Origin: Asterias rubens
Lineage: Eukaryota
NCBI RefSeq assembly: GCF_902459465.1
Contig: NC_047076.1
Span: 8,060,001-8,124,000 of the forward strand
Direction of reading: 5' to 3'
DNA length: 64,000 bases
The notes below the pieces were generated by a model. That model saw only the letters and a list, made by a program, of their open reading frames with translations, searched no databases and was not told where the DNA came from. A program made the position numbers and the translations under genes. Shown piece after piece: positions 1 through 12,795 of this stretch. The stretch's first letter is position 1; each line of letters opens with the position of its first letter.

Positions 1-100
1 TTCCCTAAGAAACAAGCTAAAGTGCAAGACCAGATTGATGAAGTGCTTGGGAAGGATGGACCACTCACGCTGGAAAGCAAATCCTCATTGCCATATTTGG
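1..100 (+). CDS. Cytochrome P450 (clan 2, CYP1/CYP17-like) gene A, internal exon, truncated by window start
   Basis: Frame 1 reads FPKKQAKVQDQIDEVLGKDGPLTLESKSSLPYL (J helix region) and ends at phase-1 donor G|GTAAGT (intron starts at 101). Paralogous to gene B exon 17132-17284. Confidence 0.9.
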
Positions 101-588
101 GTAAGTTCCCTCAATCTTGTTTTTCCTCTTTTCTGTATTATACTGTATCACATATGACGTCACCGTTCAAAAACCTGCCCAACAACATGGCGTCCGCGAG
201 TGTGTGCATGCATGTGCCATAGAAATCAAAGCGGGAACGCTACGTGCTGCGTTCTTCTTTGGTGTACGCATTTAGACGCCCGTACGGTTTGCCCTACAAG
301 ATGGCGACTTTCACAGCAACAATGGGGTTATGTCCTATCTACCTCCTACTCGCGAGCAAGTTTACAAACTAATCCGTTCTCTAATCGGCAGCTAATGAAG
401 TTCCCCGAGTGATGGGGTAATAATATTATGTTCTCTCAAGAGCGACTGTTGAACTCCCCAAAACAAAAACAACAACAGTACAACACATTGCAAAACATGC
501 AACTGAGTGTTGTTACACATTATAATGTGCAGTACAATGACATTCAGATTGTGCTCCATATACCGTCTGATAATTAAGCCGGTAGACT

Positions 589-950
589 TTAAAGGCAGTG
601 GACACTTTTGGTAATACCAAGACTAGCCTTCACAGTTGGTGTATCTCAACATATGCATAAAACAACTAACCTGTGAAAGGTTGAGCTCAATCGGTCATCG
701 AAGTTGCGAGATAACAATGAAAGAAAAAAACACCCTTGTCACACGAAGTTGTGTGCGTTTAGAGGGTCGATTTGAGACCTCAAGTTCTAAATCTGAGGTC
801 TCAAAATAAAATTCGTGGAAAATTACGTCTTTCTCGAAAAATATGGCACTTCAGAGGGAGCCGTTTCATTGTCCCTATTACTCGTTACCAAGTAAGGTTT
901 TATGCTAATAATTATTTTGAGTTATTACCAATAGTGTTCACTGCCTTTAG
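589..950 (+). mobile_element. TTAA-flanked MITE family K1 (Kolobok-like), copy
   Basis: TIR AGGCAGTGGACACT(A/T)TTGGTAAT, TTAA on the left and TTAG on the right. Same ~385-nt internal sequence as about 10 other copies in the window. Confidence 0.85.
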
Positions 951-1674
951 TAAAGCGATAAGGATTAAGGATTACCTTGATACAGATTCACCTCATGTGT
1001 GCAAAGGATGCAAGGGCATTCACCAAGGACCAAATCCCATACAAATGTCACCGCTATAGACAACTCCAATGCAAATCCATCACGAGCAATCATGTCAAAT
1101 GGCATGAAAATCAATTGTACTTATCATACACATTGCATGATATCAATTTGATGTGGTGTGGCCATGCTGTCAACTGAAGGACAACAAGGCTACATTGACA
1201 CAATGGACAACTCCATTTAGGGAAGAGAGGAGGTCACCGTTCCAATAAAGGGAAACAATCAAACGACATTTTAAAATGAATCCCTTTTTATCATTGTGCT
1301 CCTTAGACTCTTTTGAATTTACATCAGGAATTTTTCATCAGTTAGTCAATGTTCCTACACCTTAGGCCTATTTATTATTTTACACAATCACTAGCACTAG
1401 ATATCACATTACATCAGCTCATTTGATCTCCGAAGGCATTTTTGACACCAATCTTCCAATAGATAGAACTTTTCACACAGAACTCAATTTAACCTTCGCT
1501 AGATTGGGATAAGACTGGTCTGCCTTGCCTCATTCAATGCCATAGTTACACGAAGTGGATTCATCCAAATCTAGCATTAAAAAAACCGAGAATTTGGAGC
1601 CGATTTCCAGTAAATTGTTTTTTATTTGTTAATGCAATTTCTAATTATTGTCCATCTTTCTTGTCTTTGTTCAG

Positions 1675-1779
1675 AGGCTACAGTTTATGAGATCATGAGG
1701 TTTAGCTCTTTGACCATCCTAGGGGTACCACATGCAGCTGCCGTCGACACCAGAGTCGGAGGGTACTACATCCCTAAAG
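1675..1779 (+). CDS. Cytochrome P450 gene A, K-helix exon (105 nt)
   Basis: Acceptor ttgtctttgttcag. Reads (E)ATVYEIMRFSSLTILGVPHAAAVDTRVGGYYIPK with the ExxR motif. Donor G|GTAAGT at 1780. Same length and phase as gene B exon 18357-18461. Confidence 0.93.
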
Positions 1780-2319
1780 GTAAGTAACTTGTGGCATTCA
1801 CATCAAAATCACTCCATTATACTATATTTTTTATTAAACATCTCAAAATGTTAATATGTATAAAGTCAGTATAGTCCCATCCACTGGTGGTGCTAAAACA
1901 CATTGAAGAATTAATAACAGGAGTGTAAATGCTCTTCTAGTTCAGTCCATCATAGTATACATTGTGATATGTACCCTATGTGGTTAGTACACACAAAGTG
2001 TACCTGGTTGTAGATTTTACTGCATGCATCTGTAATAGTGCCCTCTGTTGGCCACAAACCAACACCACCTACCATTGGCAGAAAGTTCAGAGCAATGTAA
2101 ATGAGGTTGCAGCACAGACACAAGAGGGCGCTATTTACATTTGCCAGTGGCAGCATGCTAGCTCTCTGACACCATACAGTGTTGGTGTTGTATTATACTT
2201 TTAATATATTTTGACCACTTGCAATGATGTGCGTGCAGCTGTTTAGTAAAGTTACACCAAATGTATAATTATATGAGTCCAAGTATGATAATGCACAAAA
2301 CATGATAGTAAAGTTGACA

Positions 2320-2694
2320 TTAAAGCCATTGGACCCTTTCGGTACAGAAAAAAAAGAAAAAGTTCACAGATTTACAAATAACTTACATGGTTTACAGAAG
2401 GTAATGGTGAAATACTTCTCTTGAAATATTATTCCATGAAATGCTTTACTTTTTGAGAAAACAGTAAAACAATATCAATTCTCGTTAACGAGAATTACGG
2501 ATTTTTTTTTAAACACATGTCATGACTCGGCGAAACGCGCGGATACAAGGGTGGGTTTTCCCGTTATTTTCTCCCGACTCCGACGACCGATTAAGCCCAA
2601 ATTGTCACAGGTTTGTTATTTGATATAGAAGTTGTGATACACGAAGTGTGGGCCTTGGACAATACTGTTTACCGAAAGGGTCCAATGGCTTTAA
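2320..2694 (+). mobile_element. TTAA-flanked MITE family K2, in a CYP A intron
   Basis: TIR AGCCATTGGACCCTTTCGGTA / TACCGAAAGGGTCCAATGGCT with TTAA on both sides. Confidence 0.88.
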
Positions 2695-2764
2695 GAAAAC
2701 AATTTTGTTTTTTCTTTTTTTTTTCCTGATCTAAACTGTTTTCTTATTTTATTCCACAAATCAG

Positions 2765-3102
2765 GAACCCAAGTTATGGCCAACTTCTGGGCTGTCCATC
2801 ATGACGAGGCGATCTGGGATCGACCCCACGACTTCCTCCCTGAGCGCTTCCTTGACACAGAGGGAAAACTCCGCAACATGTCCGAGTTTCCCTTCTTCAT
2901 GCCCTTCTCGACCGGCCAGAGGAGCTGCATCGGCAAAGGCATGGCCAAGTCAGAGCTCTTCCTGATCTTGGGCAAGCTGCTCCAGAGATTCTGCTTCCAA
3001 CTGCCGCTCAATGCTAAGGTAGACCTACAAGGAATGGCTTCCGTTTCTCTCATCCCTAAACCCTATGAGATTAAGGCACTTGAGCGAGCAATGTACATCT
3101 AG
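2765..3102 (+). CDS. Cytochrome P450 gene A, terminal exon with heme-binding Cys
   Basis: Acceptor tcag at 2761-2764. Reads (G)TQVMANFWAVHHD...FLPERFLD (PERF)...FSTGQRSCIG (FxxGxRxCxG)...YEIKALERAMYI, stop TAG at 3100-3102. Confidence 0.95.
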
Positions 3103-4358
3103 AGAGGGTTGCCATGAATCTGTACTCTAAAAGGGATGGTACAACAGGAGTTGTATATTCCTTAAGCTTGTTAAGCAATACACTCCAGCACCATCAAGAT
3201 CATGGCCCCCGTATGCAATAACATCCATGAATACAAACTCTCATCATCGTAACAAGGGGCCAGACTGTTTCTCCTTCCATCCCAAAAAATATTGATTTTG
3301 ACTTGAAAGAACAATCCAGAAGGCTGCGCCAAGATAACAGTCCATTTCGCATGAAATCTGAGAGATTTTCAGACTTAGTATAGAAAACAATGCAGACAAG
3401 TTTGTTGATTTGTTAAAAATAGCTTATGGACTTTTGATTGGAATGAATAGTACTTTTCGTTCCACAATTCTGTCCAACTATGTATGTATTTCTCCCTTTT
3501 TAATGGTTTAACAACTCTTTTCTGGTAAAAAAAAATGTTTTTAAAATGTTTTATTATTTCATAATGGAGTTTTTCCTCTCGAAATGTTAGAAACTATTAT
3601 TGAGGGAACTGCCATTTGTACATGAGCTTACTAACAACACTGCTAGTATTCATACACTATTATTTGTACATCTTTAAAAATCTGAGAATTCAAAGTTAAA
3701 GGTGACGGTGTTTTGGTGTTTTGACCAAAGCAAACTGATGGTGATGGTAAGGCTTTCAACATTTTAAAGAAATAATTTAGGGTTGAGGTTGTGTTTTTGA
3801 CATTTTAAGTGAAATTAAAGAAATAATTTCAGGTGAAGGTTGTGTTTTTGACAATTTAAGGGGACTTCATAGAAAACATGTACTTAAAGGATAAATGGGA
3901 GTTTGTTGTTTTTAAGAGTGTACATTAATATTTTTAAGGTGAGGATTTTTTGACAAATGAAGGCAAAATGCCATCTAGCAACAACAAAAAACTGTCAAGT
4001 TTTTTCCATTTTGTGGCTAAACAAAGCCATCATAGCCAATTGACAACTCTAAAAATCTTCCACATTGCACCTGTGTGACCTTTTGGCTCACTCCCTCCAA
4101 CCTCCTTCAGTCATGGAATAGATGTTTTAAATGTTTGTATTCAGCTGCGTAAAAATTACAAATGTAAAGTATGTGTTTCCTTTTATTTTGAATTTCGACC
4201 AATATGTATTTATCCTACCTCTCAAAATAAATTCAGATGAATTAAAAGTCATAAGCATATAATAATGTATTCAAAAATACTACTTAATCAATTGTATTCA
4301 ATGCACATATTGGAAGGTTTATGTTATCTGAAAAAAGGAGATGAATTTCTATATTTAA

Positions 4359-4452
4359 GAAAACAGGGGGCATGTTTCTTTCTGAGGCGAAAACAGGGGG
4401 CATGTTTCTTTCTGAGGCGAAAACAGGGGGCATGCTTCTTTCTGAGGAGAAA
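4359..4452. repeat. 30-bp tandem repeat x3
   Basis: gaaaacagggggcatgtttctttctgaggc. Confidence 0.9.
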
Positions 4453-4900
4453 AATAATGTTCAATTTACAATTCACAAAGTTGCAAATTTTTTATTTGCA
4501 ATTGATCTGTTGACACTTCAGTTTGCTGAAACAATATTGTTGAAAGACAAAAAAAAAAAAAAAAGTTTGAAACTACTTTCAAATGATAAAACAGATGTTG
4601 TAAATAAGATACTTTTGTTGTAACTTAGAGTTAACTTCCCTCAGACATCACTGTTTGTTTAGTTTTCTACATGCAAAAATAAACCCAGATAAGGCAAATA
4701 AATGTCAACTCTTTACTCGGACATTGAACAAAATCATCTCTGGCAAAAATGGATGTTTCTACTTCAACAATCTGCCAAACTACTTGGTGTTAATCTAATT
4801 AAGTTGATCCATCCCAAGTGAGACTAATGATAAACCCGTCTGATGGACCTTTGAAGCAGAAATTGGGTCAAATGAAAAAATCTACTTGTGATATTTCAAC

Positions 4901-5004
4901 TGAGGACACTCTGCACGTCAATGCCACTGAAGTCCTGCTTATTGAAATGAGGACGAACTGCACGTCAATGCCACTGAAGTCCTGCTTATTGAAATGAGGA
5001 CGAA
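4901..5004. repeat. 47-bp tandem repeat x2.2
   Basis: tgaggac...ctgcacgtcaatgccactgaagtcctgcttattgaaa. Confidence 0.9.
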
Positions 5005-5019
5005 AACAAATTAACAAGT

Positions 5020-5463
5020 CAGGGGTGCGTTCCACTCGCGCAAACGACTCGCAACTGTTCGCGCAAACGTTTTGTTGTCTTTTGAACGATTGGTGCGTAT
5101 ACGCGATGTCAACATGGCGGCGCCCTGAAATGAAGATGGCGCGCACCATACGTAGTTTTTTTTTAACTTTGTTTTTGCTGCAATAGTCCTCTTTTTGACA
5201 TCATTACATCAACTAATTAACTTTGTTATTCCAAATCTGCATTATCATCCACCGAAAATACAACGTAATTATGTTTGTGACAAAGAAATAATACCGTATG
5301 CTTGTCCGCCATTTTAAAAACCACTCGCCAACACCTCCGAAGTATGTTCGCCTAAAGTTGCCAACGTTCGCCAACGGTGGCAGCGAACAACTCATTCCAC
5401 TTGAAATTGTTGGCGAACGTGCGCAACTGTTGGCAACGTTTGCGCGAGTGGAACGCACCCCTG
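5020..5463. mobile_element. MITE with ~27-bp TIR
   Basis: CAGGGGTGCGTTCCACTCGCGCAAACG / CGTTTGCGCGAGTGGAACGCACCCCTG. Confidence 0.85.
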
Positions 5464-5881
5464 CTCTTTAACAAAAATGGTTGGAACTTCAATGACAACA
5501 ATAACAGCCATCTGACAAATTTAATGTACAAAAAAAGATAAAGTGTTCACTTCTAACGGTTTTAAAACGATAATCAGTATTTCTCACTAGAAGGTAATTT
5601 TGTAATATAAGAGTAGCCACTAGACTGTAAATATTCTATTTTAGTGAACTATATTATTATGTGATAATAATTTTAATTAAGGAGATTTTCCATATATTTA
5701 TTGTAAATTGGTGTATACGGATGAAGGGAGGGTACATGTACACCATCAGTTTCTGAAAGAGTACATTTTTCCCGTAACTTACACAAAATCCCTAAACTGT
5801 GAAATTAAGAAAGAAAAGAACAAAGAGTCTGATTATTTGTTTTACATACTTTACATTCTTATTATGACATCACAGACATAT

Positions 5882-5930
5882 ATTGACAGTCATTGACAGT
5901 TACTGACAGTCATTGACAGCCATTGACAGT
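5882..5930. repeat. 10-bp minisatellite x5
   Basis: (attgacagtc)n with variants. Confidence 0.85.
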
Positions 5931-6919
5931 AAATCCTTACACATGACAAAAATTCCCGGAATCAGGAAGACTCTTTCAGGATACCTTTGTTTAAACTTTA
6001 GTGAGATTGTCAGTTTTGAGGTGTAGTATTGAATCCACCAAATGGAGACAAACAAACCAAGTGGATTCTGGATGATTCCACAGTAGCTAGGGATAAATGA
6101 GCTTTCAAATTTGGACAATTGTGATCTCATTTTGTTTTTTGTCTGTTGTACCTTCCCTTTATAACCATTTGTTCTTCTTCACTTTAAACACAATGTGAAT
6201 GTTTAGACATTTGCAGATATTAACCGAACCGTTTAAATCGATAGTTTTGTTTTTTGATTCAACTGATTTTATTGAACAGTGTTCTATTATAGTCGGGTGT
6301 AGTGTTAAAAGGGTTTAGTTATTGTAATAAAAGTGTCCACCTTTTTTTGTATTTTGGAATAAATAACTTGTATTTTCAAAGGTAAAGGCAACTGCATGTA
6401 ATTAAAGGGGTTTACCAAGATTTTAGTAAAACTTTATTTTTATAATATTTTAAGGAGTTTATGTCTATTTGGTAAACTTGGGGGAAGCTGACTGAAAAAA
6501 AAACCCAGTTTGAACTTAAACGGTTGGTGCTTGTTGTCATTACATAATTGTTTTCTAATTATTCACTTGTCTAATATACATCATGTAACATGCAAATTAT
6601 CTAAACAAATTACATGTTCTTATAAGTAGGGAAACCCTTTCCATTATAAAAAAGAAAATACTGACGTACACAATGGATTTTGACTTTCTGTGAATTAAAT
6701 AGGGTGTGTATGTTAACAAGATACTCAAGTCGGGATTTGTCATCATTTCTGTGATGTCTACCCCTTTATGATTCAAGAAGAAAGACTGAACGAAAACTAC
6801 TAGTAACCCACATTATGGTTTATTATTTAAAAAGATATTTAATTAGTGCTGCCACTTCCAAGGATAGCTCAGAAACTTGGGTTTGATTCCTGGCTTCTGA
6901 CTGGCACCCATAGAGTTAA

Positions 6920-7186
6920 ATATAAGAACTAGAGGGCGCACTGGTGATACTGCTTGCACACACAATATGGGACCGCTGTACACGCATTGAATATGAAGTA
7001 CACGTCGGAGTTTGTACTTATTGACACCATGGAGCTCCATGTTGACACTACCGGTGCTGTTTGTCAACTTACAAAATGGCTGCACAAACACACGCTGTGT
7101 GATGCTGTTTTGTCAACTTACAAAATGGCCGCATGCGCGCATGCCGGGCCGCGTATATAGGCCAGTGCGCCCTCTAGTTCTTATAT
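6920..7186. mobile_element. MITE with 25-bp TIR containing a CTCF-like motif
   Basis: ATATAAGAACTAGAGGGCGCACTGG / CCAGTGCGCCCTCTAGTTCTTATAT. Confidence 0.85.
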
Positions 7187-8109
7187 ATACCTCTTTGCTG
7201 ACACCCTATTACAAAAATATTTGCAAACTACATGTAGGGAGGACAAGGGTCATGACCGTCATTCGAACCCACACCCTGATGACTTGGTGACCAGAACAAG
7301 AGTCTGGGTGCGCAAGACCGCACGGCCATGGCATGCCACATGGCTAACCACAGTCTTCTTCAGCATTCTAATGTCTCAAAGGACACTGCCCTAATAGGCC
7401 TACAAGTAGGTACTACTTGTCTACTTACAAGGAATTCAATTACAATATTCATGGTACAGCAACAACAACAAAAGTGCAAAAACACTTTATTGACATTAAC
7501 TATTAATGTTCAGTATGTACTGTACTAAATTAAGTTGAAGGGATAAGGAAAAGCAATTCAGTTTGCATCAATTGCTGTGTACGCAATTAAAATTATCTTT
7601 CAAACTGTTAATGTCATGAATTCAAGCAAAATGTCATGCCAAATTATATGCAAAATGGCATCCATAAATGGTAATTTGAGTTATAGCGTGAAAATGCATT
7701 CAAAGACGCTGTTGTGTGAGTGGAACGTGTACATTTGCCAACTGCTTTTCCTAGAAACGAAACCTACATTTCGGCTCTTGACGCAAACTATAGTGATGAG
7801 AACACGAGGCATGTAGAGTACACATGTGACAGAGCGGAAGATAATTCACGCATCATTGTGAATGCAGAATCTTCATTGGACTGTGCTTTTTAAGGTAAGA
7901 AAATGGCTTATTTCAGGTAATTCAAACCTCAAATTTGTAGGTTAGAGTTTTTGTGGGCCCCTAAACATAAAGGGCCCTTGCATAATCCCTTTGAGGCACT
8001 GAGTGGCCAGCCCCTTACCAATCACACTTTTTACTTGCAGGGACCCATTTCGTACTGCGAGAGGTTTGGTATATTACTCATGGTCTACGCTGTACAGTCA
8101 TATAGCAAA

Positions 8110-8460
8110 GTAACAAGTTCTTATATAGCGTATTTTTAGAATAACCGTATCAATGCGCTTTAAGTTCATTTGGGCTAATAACTTTCCTTTAAACTTTCTC
8201 AACTCCCTGAGAAGTATACAGCCCCAACTGTCAGGCTCTAAGACAATATCTTTCAAACACAGTATCAACCTCTACCATCGCAGGTACCCATTTATACTCC
8301 TGGGTGAAGAGAAGCAATCATAGTAAAGCATCTTGGACAAGGACACATGTGTCACGACTGAGATTCGAACCCAGACTCCCATGACTTAACCACCAGAACT
8401 TGCTTAATTTTACACCCACGAGAACTTGAACTCGATGCTCTTAACTGCTCGGCCATGACA
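8110..8460 (-). mobile_element. tRNA-derived SINE with conserved central core
   Basis: Minus strand head TGTCATGGCCGAGCAGTTAAGAGC (box A) and GGGTTCGAATC (box B). Core CACCCAGGAGTATAAATGGGTACCTG, then gcgctatataag-type tail. Confidence 0.8.
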
Positions 8461-8491
8461 ACCCCAAAACAAGACTGTAGACTATTATTCT

Positions 8492-8880
8492 TTAAAGGCA
8501 ATGGACACTATTGGTAATTACTTAAAATATTTATTAGCATAAAACCTTTCTTGGTGACAAATATAATGGGGAGAGGTTGATGGTATAAAACATTGTGAGA
8601 AATGGCTCCCTCTGAAGTGCCATAGTTTTCGAGAAAGAAGTAATTTTCCACAAATTTGATTTTGAGACCTCAGAATTAGAACTTGAGGTCTCGAAATCAA
8701 CCATCTAAACGCACACAACTTCGTGTGACAAGGGTGGTTTTTTCTTTCAGTATTATCTCGCAAGTTCGATGACCGATTGAACTCAAATTTTCACAGATTT
8801 GGTTTGTTATGCATATGTTGAGATACACCAACTGTGAAGGCTAGTCTTTGACAATTACCAATAGTGTCCACTGCCTTTAA
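8492..8880 (-). mobile_element. MITE family K1 copy
   Basis: TTAA-AGGCAATGGACAC...GTGTCCACTGCCT-TTAA. Confidence 0.88.
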
Positions 8881-10576
8881 ACACACACTTATAAAAAAAA
8901 CTCACTTTAAATGTATGCTTTTCAATTTTAATCCTCCTCATGGAGTGAAGCAAATGTAGAAAAAAAAACCTCTAAAAATGTCTAAGTCTCGTAAAAATAT
9001 TTCTGGTCCAGAAAAGGTTCAGAGCTCCAAAACCAGTGGTCTTCGTGGAGATTTTCTTGAAATTTTGAAATCTTTTCTAGTATTTTGAAAGAGTCACAAG
9101 GCAATGTAAGATCAGGGGACACGGATATTCGTCTTGGAGGCTAATCGGAAACACCAGACTTATGTTCGAAGTGACAAAAGAATAATATAAAATAATTGAA
9201 GTCCTTATTATTGTCTTGTTGTTGTAATCTTTATATTTATATAATTGATTTTGGACAAAGTAATATTACAACTGATGTCCCTAATGTATTTTTTGAGTCA
9301 AACTGTTCAATTAAAAAAGAAAATTGTGTGGTGTAATCTAATTGATTTGTTTGTTCAATTACTTACACAACGATTGCAATGAACATACATCTCATGCCAT
9401 CACTTACCCTTAAATAGATATCTTTCAGGTGCCAGAAAATATAACTGCTGCCCTCTTTTGAAAGTAAAATATTGAACACAAAATGTATCTGCTGCCCTCT
9501 TTGTTGCAACATAAATATTCAGCTACTCTGCATTCTGGCCTTGTGGAAAGACTGGTCCCCTGTCTTTATCCAAAAGGATAAAGTACTTACTTTTCAGAAC
9601 CAGTAATTCAATTTCATTGAATACAATGGTTTCCTAGGATAAACTTGCAGTGACGTAAGCTTTCCATATCTGTGTTTGATTGGCCTGAGGTGATGAGGAT
9701 ACAGGTGACAACCATCACCTTGGACCAATCAAACCACAGATGTAACGCTTAATTTCGGCCGTCTGCTAAATGCAGTGTGCACTGTGAACTTTACTTGCAT
9801 GGAAGGTTTTTAAGTCTGTAGGATTTAACTGCAAATCTCCATGTGAAATGAATGTAGGTGAAAGGTGATAATGGACAGTTCTATTTACATGTACAGTATG
9901 TTGCAATAACACAGAACCATTTAGCATCAATCAGACCCACCATGCACCCTGTCGCTCTGCATATTTTAACACTTTCTGAACAAAAAAGTTTACAAAAACA
10001 AGCTCATCAGCCCAGTCCTGGCAGTGGTCCTGGATGAGACTGGTACGCGGGGGTGGGGGGCCAAGTGAACTGCAGCCTAAAGTAACAATGTGGTGCAATC
10101 AAACTATAGAGGGCAGTATCTCACTTCACCATTGACATCCCCCTAGAAACTGCCAATGAATGCACCAAATGAAGCCCATGCCCACTGCATTTATTATTGA
10201 CACAATGCTTGTTGGTAAAGGTATTCCACACAAAGAAAAAAAAAATGAACAAAAAAACAAACTACCAAACATGTCTGCCCTAAATGGCCTTTCAAACACA
10301 ACTTATTTATAGCATTACATTTGGGTTTTTAGAGAAATTCCCAACAGTGGAACAAGAAATAACAAAAACAAGTCCACACACAATATCTGTAGGATCAATT
10401 GAAAAAGAAGAAAATGTTTGCAATAATTTTAGCTGTGCCAGATCGTAGCACTAATACAGTCAGTACGTGTGATTAAAAACATAAAGCTTGGTACACACAA
10501 GTACCTTTCTAAAATTAGACACCTTGACTGAGATCTGGGTATTGAGCTTCTATACAGTGCAGTCTGTAAGTTTAAC

Positions 10577-10964
10577 TTAAAGGCAGTGGACACTATTGGT
10601 AGTTACTCAAAATAATTATTAGCATAGAAACTTTAATTGGTAACAAGCAATGTGGAGAGGTTGATGGTATAAAACATTGTAACAAACAGCTCACTCTGAA
10701 GTGCCATAGTTTTTGAGCAAGAAGTAATTTTCCACTAATTTGATTTCAAGACCTCAGATTTAGAACTTGAGGTCTCGAAATCAACCATGTAAATGCACAC
10801 AACTTGGTGTGACAAGGGTGTTTTCTTCTTTCATTATTGTCTCGCAACTTTGATGAGCGATTGAGCTCAAATTTTCACAGCTTAGTTATTTTATGCAGAT
10901 GTTGAGATACACTAACTATGAAGGCTAGTCTTTGACAACTACCAATAGTGTCCACTGCCTTTAA
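10577..10964 (-). mobile_element. MITE family K1 copy, abutting the next copy
   Basis: TTAA-AGGCAGTGGACAC...GTGTCCACTGCCT-TTAA. Confidence 0.88.
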
Positions 10965-11908
10965 TAAAGGCAGTGGACACTGTTGGTAATTGTCAAAGAC
11001 CAGTCATCTCACTTGGTGTATCTCAACATATGCATAAAATAACAAACCTGTGAACATTTGAGCTCAATTGGTCATCATAGTTGAGAGATAACTATGACTA
11101 TGAAAGATATGAATGAAATAAAAACACCCTTGTCACACGAAGTTGTGTGCTTTCAGATGCTTGATTTTGAGACCTCTAATTCTAAACTTGAGGTCTAAAA
11201 ATCAAATTTGTGGAAAATTATCTTGAAAACTACGTTACTTCAGAGGGATCCGTTTCTCACAATGTTTTATATTATAACACCCCTTGCAAGTATTCTGCCT
11301 GCTCATTGGTTTAGAGCGCGTCACATGACATGTCTTAGTTTCGCTAGACGACGGCCGTGTGATAGTGCGTCAGTTTGCCATGCGCTAGTCCGAAGACTAG
11401 CACACGGCGCCGTGCGCTAGTCCGACAGACTAGCACACGGCGTGCAGTACCCAGACGTCCGTTGCGTGTACGAGGATGATAAATTAATAGTCTGTAACCA
11501 TTTCGGATTGCACGACACTACATGCAACACAGTAAGTAAAAGTGTTTGCAATCTGTATTCGCGTCGTCCGTGGATTGTAGCATTCAGGTCTGTAACTTTA
11601 TAATAATAGTACAGTATTTAGAAATGTTTGGGGTGTTATAAAAAAAATATTGACTGCTTTTACTTGTGCAATGGTTAAAAACTATGACTCCCTTGGTGAT
11701 CCCCGGAGCGTTCTATTTTCCCGAGGCGAAGCCGAGGGAAAATAGAACGCTCCGGGGATCACCTCGGGAGTCATAGTTTTAACCATAGCACTCGAAGCAG
11801 TCAATATTTGTATACTATCAACAGCTCTCCATTGCATTGCTTGTTACCAAGTAAGTTTTTATGCAATAATTATTTTGAGTAATTACCAATAGTGACAACC
11901 GCCTTTAA
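10965..11908 (+). mobile_element. MITE family K1 copy interrupted by a nested element
   Basis: The K1 sequence breaks at aatgttttata (11271) and resumes at ctatcaacagctctcc (11815). Confidence 0.85.
11272..11814 (+). mobile_element. Nested non-autonomous element with subterminal IR and long 3' hairpin (class unresolved)
   Basis: TATAACACCCC (11273) pairs with GGGGTGTTATA (11630-11640). An ~160-nt palindrome (11646-11808) is centred on CGAGGCGAAGCCGAGG. TATA is duplicated at the insertion site. Confidence 0.7.
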
Positions 11909-12349
11909 GGTCTCAAGACGCACCTCTATCCATTTCAATTTCTATCATCTAAACTATGATCTCAGGCATGATTTTAGTCATTGGGAAAAAAAATTAGGAA
12001 AGTATTAATGAGTACAAAGGCTAGCCTACATGTACACATGGTGTACAGTACTAGGTAGACTTTACAGGCTATTATTTAATCACAAGTTTTCAATTGTTCA
12101 AGGTCAAACAAATTGGAAATCAGACTAAAGTAGGAAGGATCATGTCTGGATCTTGATGGAATAGCACCCTAAAGACTTTGTTATGTTGTAATTGCTTGAT
12201 CTCAATGTTGCTATGTCACATGGTACATGTAAGGGCAAGCTTGTACCAGAAATTGTTCAAAACTAACTATTGGCCCAATTCACCTGGGCCCAGCTTTTAA
12301 AGATACTTGTACCCAGGGAGCTGAGATGGTTTTAAGGAATGAATAAGGC

Positions 12350-12490
12350 CCAGTGACCAGGGGTACTAATGTTGGAAGCGCTTTGACACACCCTTCCAGT
12401 GACCACGGGCACTGATGTTGGAAGCGCTTTGGGACGACCTTCAGGTGTATAAAGCGCTATATAAATTAAACTATTATTATTATTATTATT
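12350..12490 (+). mobile_element. L2-type 3' tail fragment with internal ~53-nt duplication
   Basis: The unit ccagtgacca...atgttggaagcgcttt occurs twice, then aaagcgctatataaat and a (TAT)n tail. Confidence 0.5.
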
Positions 12491-12549
12491 AGCTCAACGG
12501 TGTATGATAAACTTTATATGTACACCCTGAATTGGTTGAGAAAGCAGGT

Positions 12550-12780
12550 TTGATAGAATAAACTTCATGCACAGAGGCAATTGCCTCCATGCCTCTTGGT
12601 GCCCCTTGAAATGTTCCTGTAGAAATTTAAACTTGCCTTCCTTCATATAGTTGCCCTTACCAAGGAAAAAATGGCATACACTTGTAAAATCAATGGATCA
12701 CCGGGTGCCACTTTCTAGTAAGTTTCCACCAGTCTTTAGGAAATATTGCAGTGCCCTTAGGACACAACAAAATAATGGTC
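12550..12780 (+). repeat. Interspersed repeat family (GGCAATTGCCTCC..GTGCCCCTTGAAAT); other copies near 17320-17655(-), 46075-46240, 53920-54000(-), 56255-56430
   Basis: Recurrent ttgcc..ggtgcccctt..aa..tt..catag..gccttg motif string. Confidence 0.55.
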
Positions 12781-12795
12781 CTGGGAATTAACTTT

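Noticed and set aside
772-1059. Recurring ORFs such as MRPQVLNLRSQNKIRGKL... (also 8518, 20944, 28940, 33814)
   Set aside because: These are chance frames inside non-coding K1 MITE copies and are not conserved in frame between copies.
11462-11468. XRE-like TTGCGTG upstream of CYP B
   Set aside because: It is a single 7-mer inside a mobile element about 4 kb upstream, which is expected by chance.
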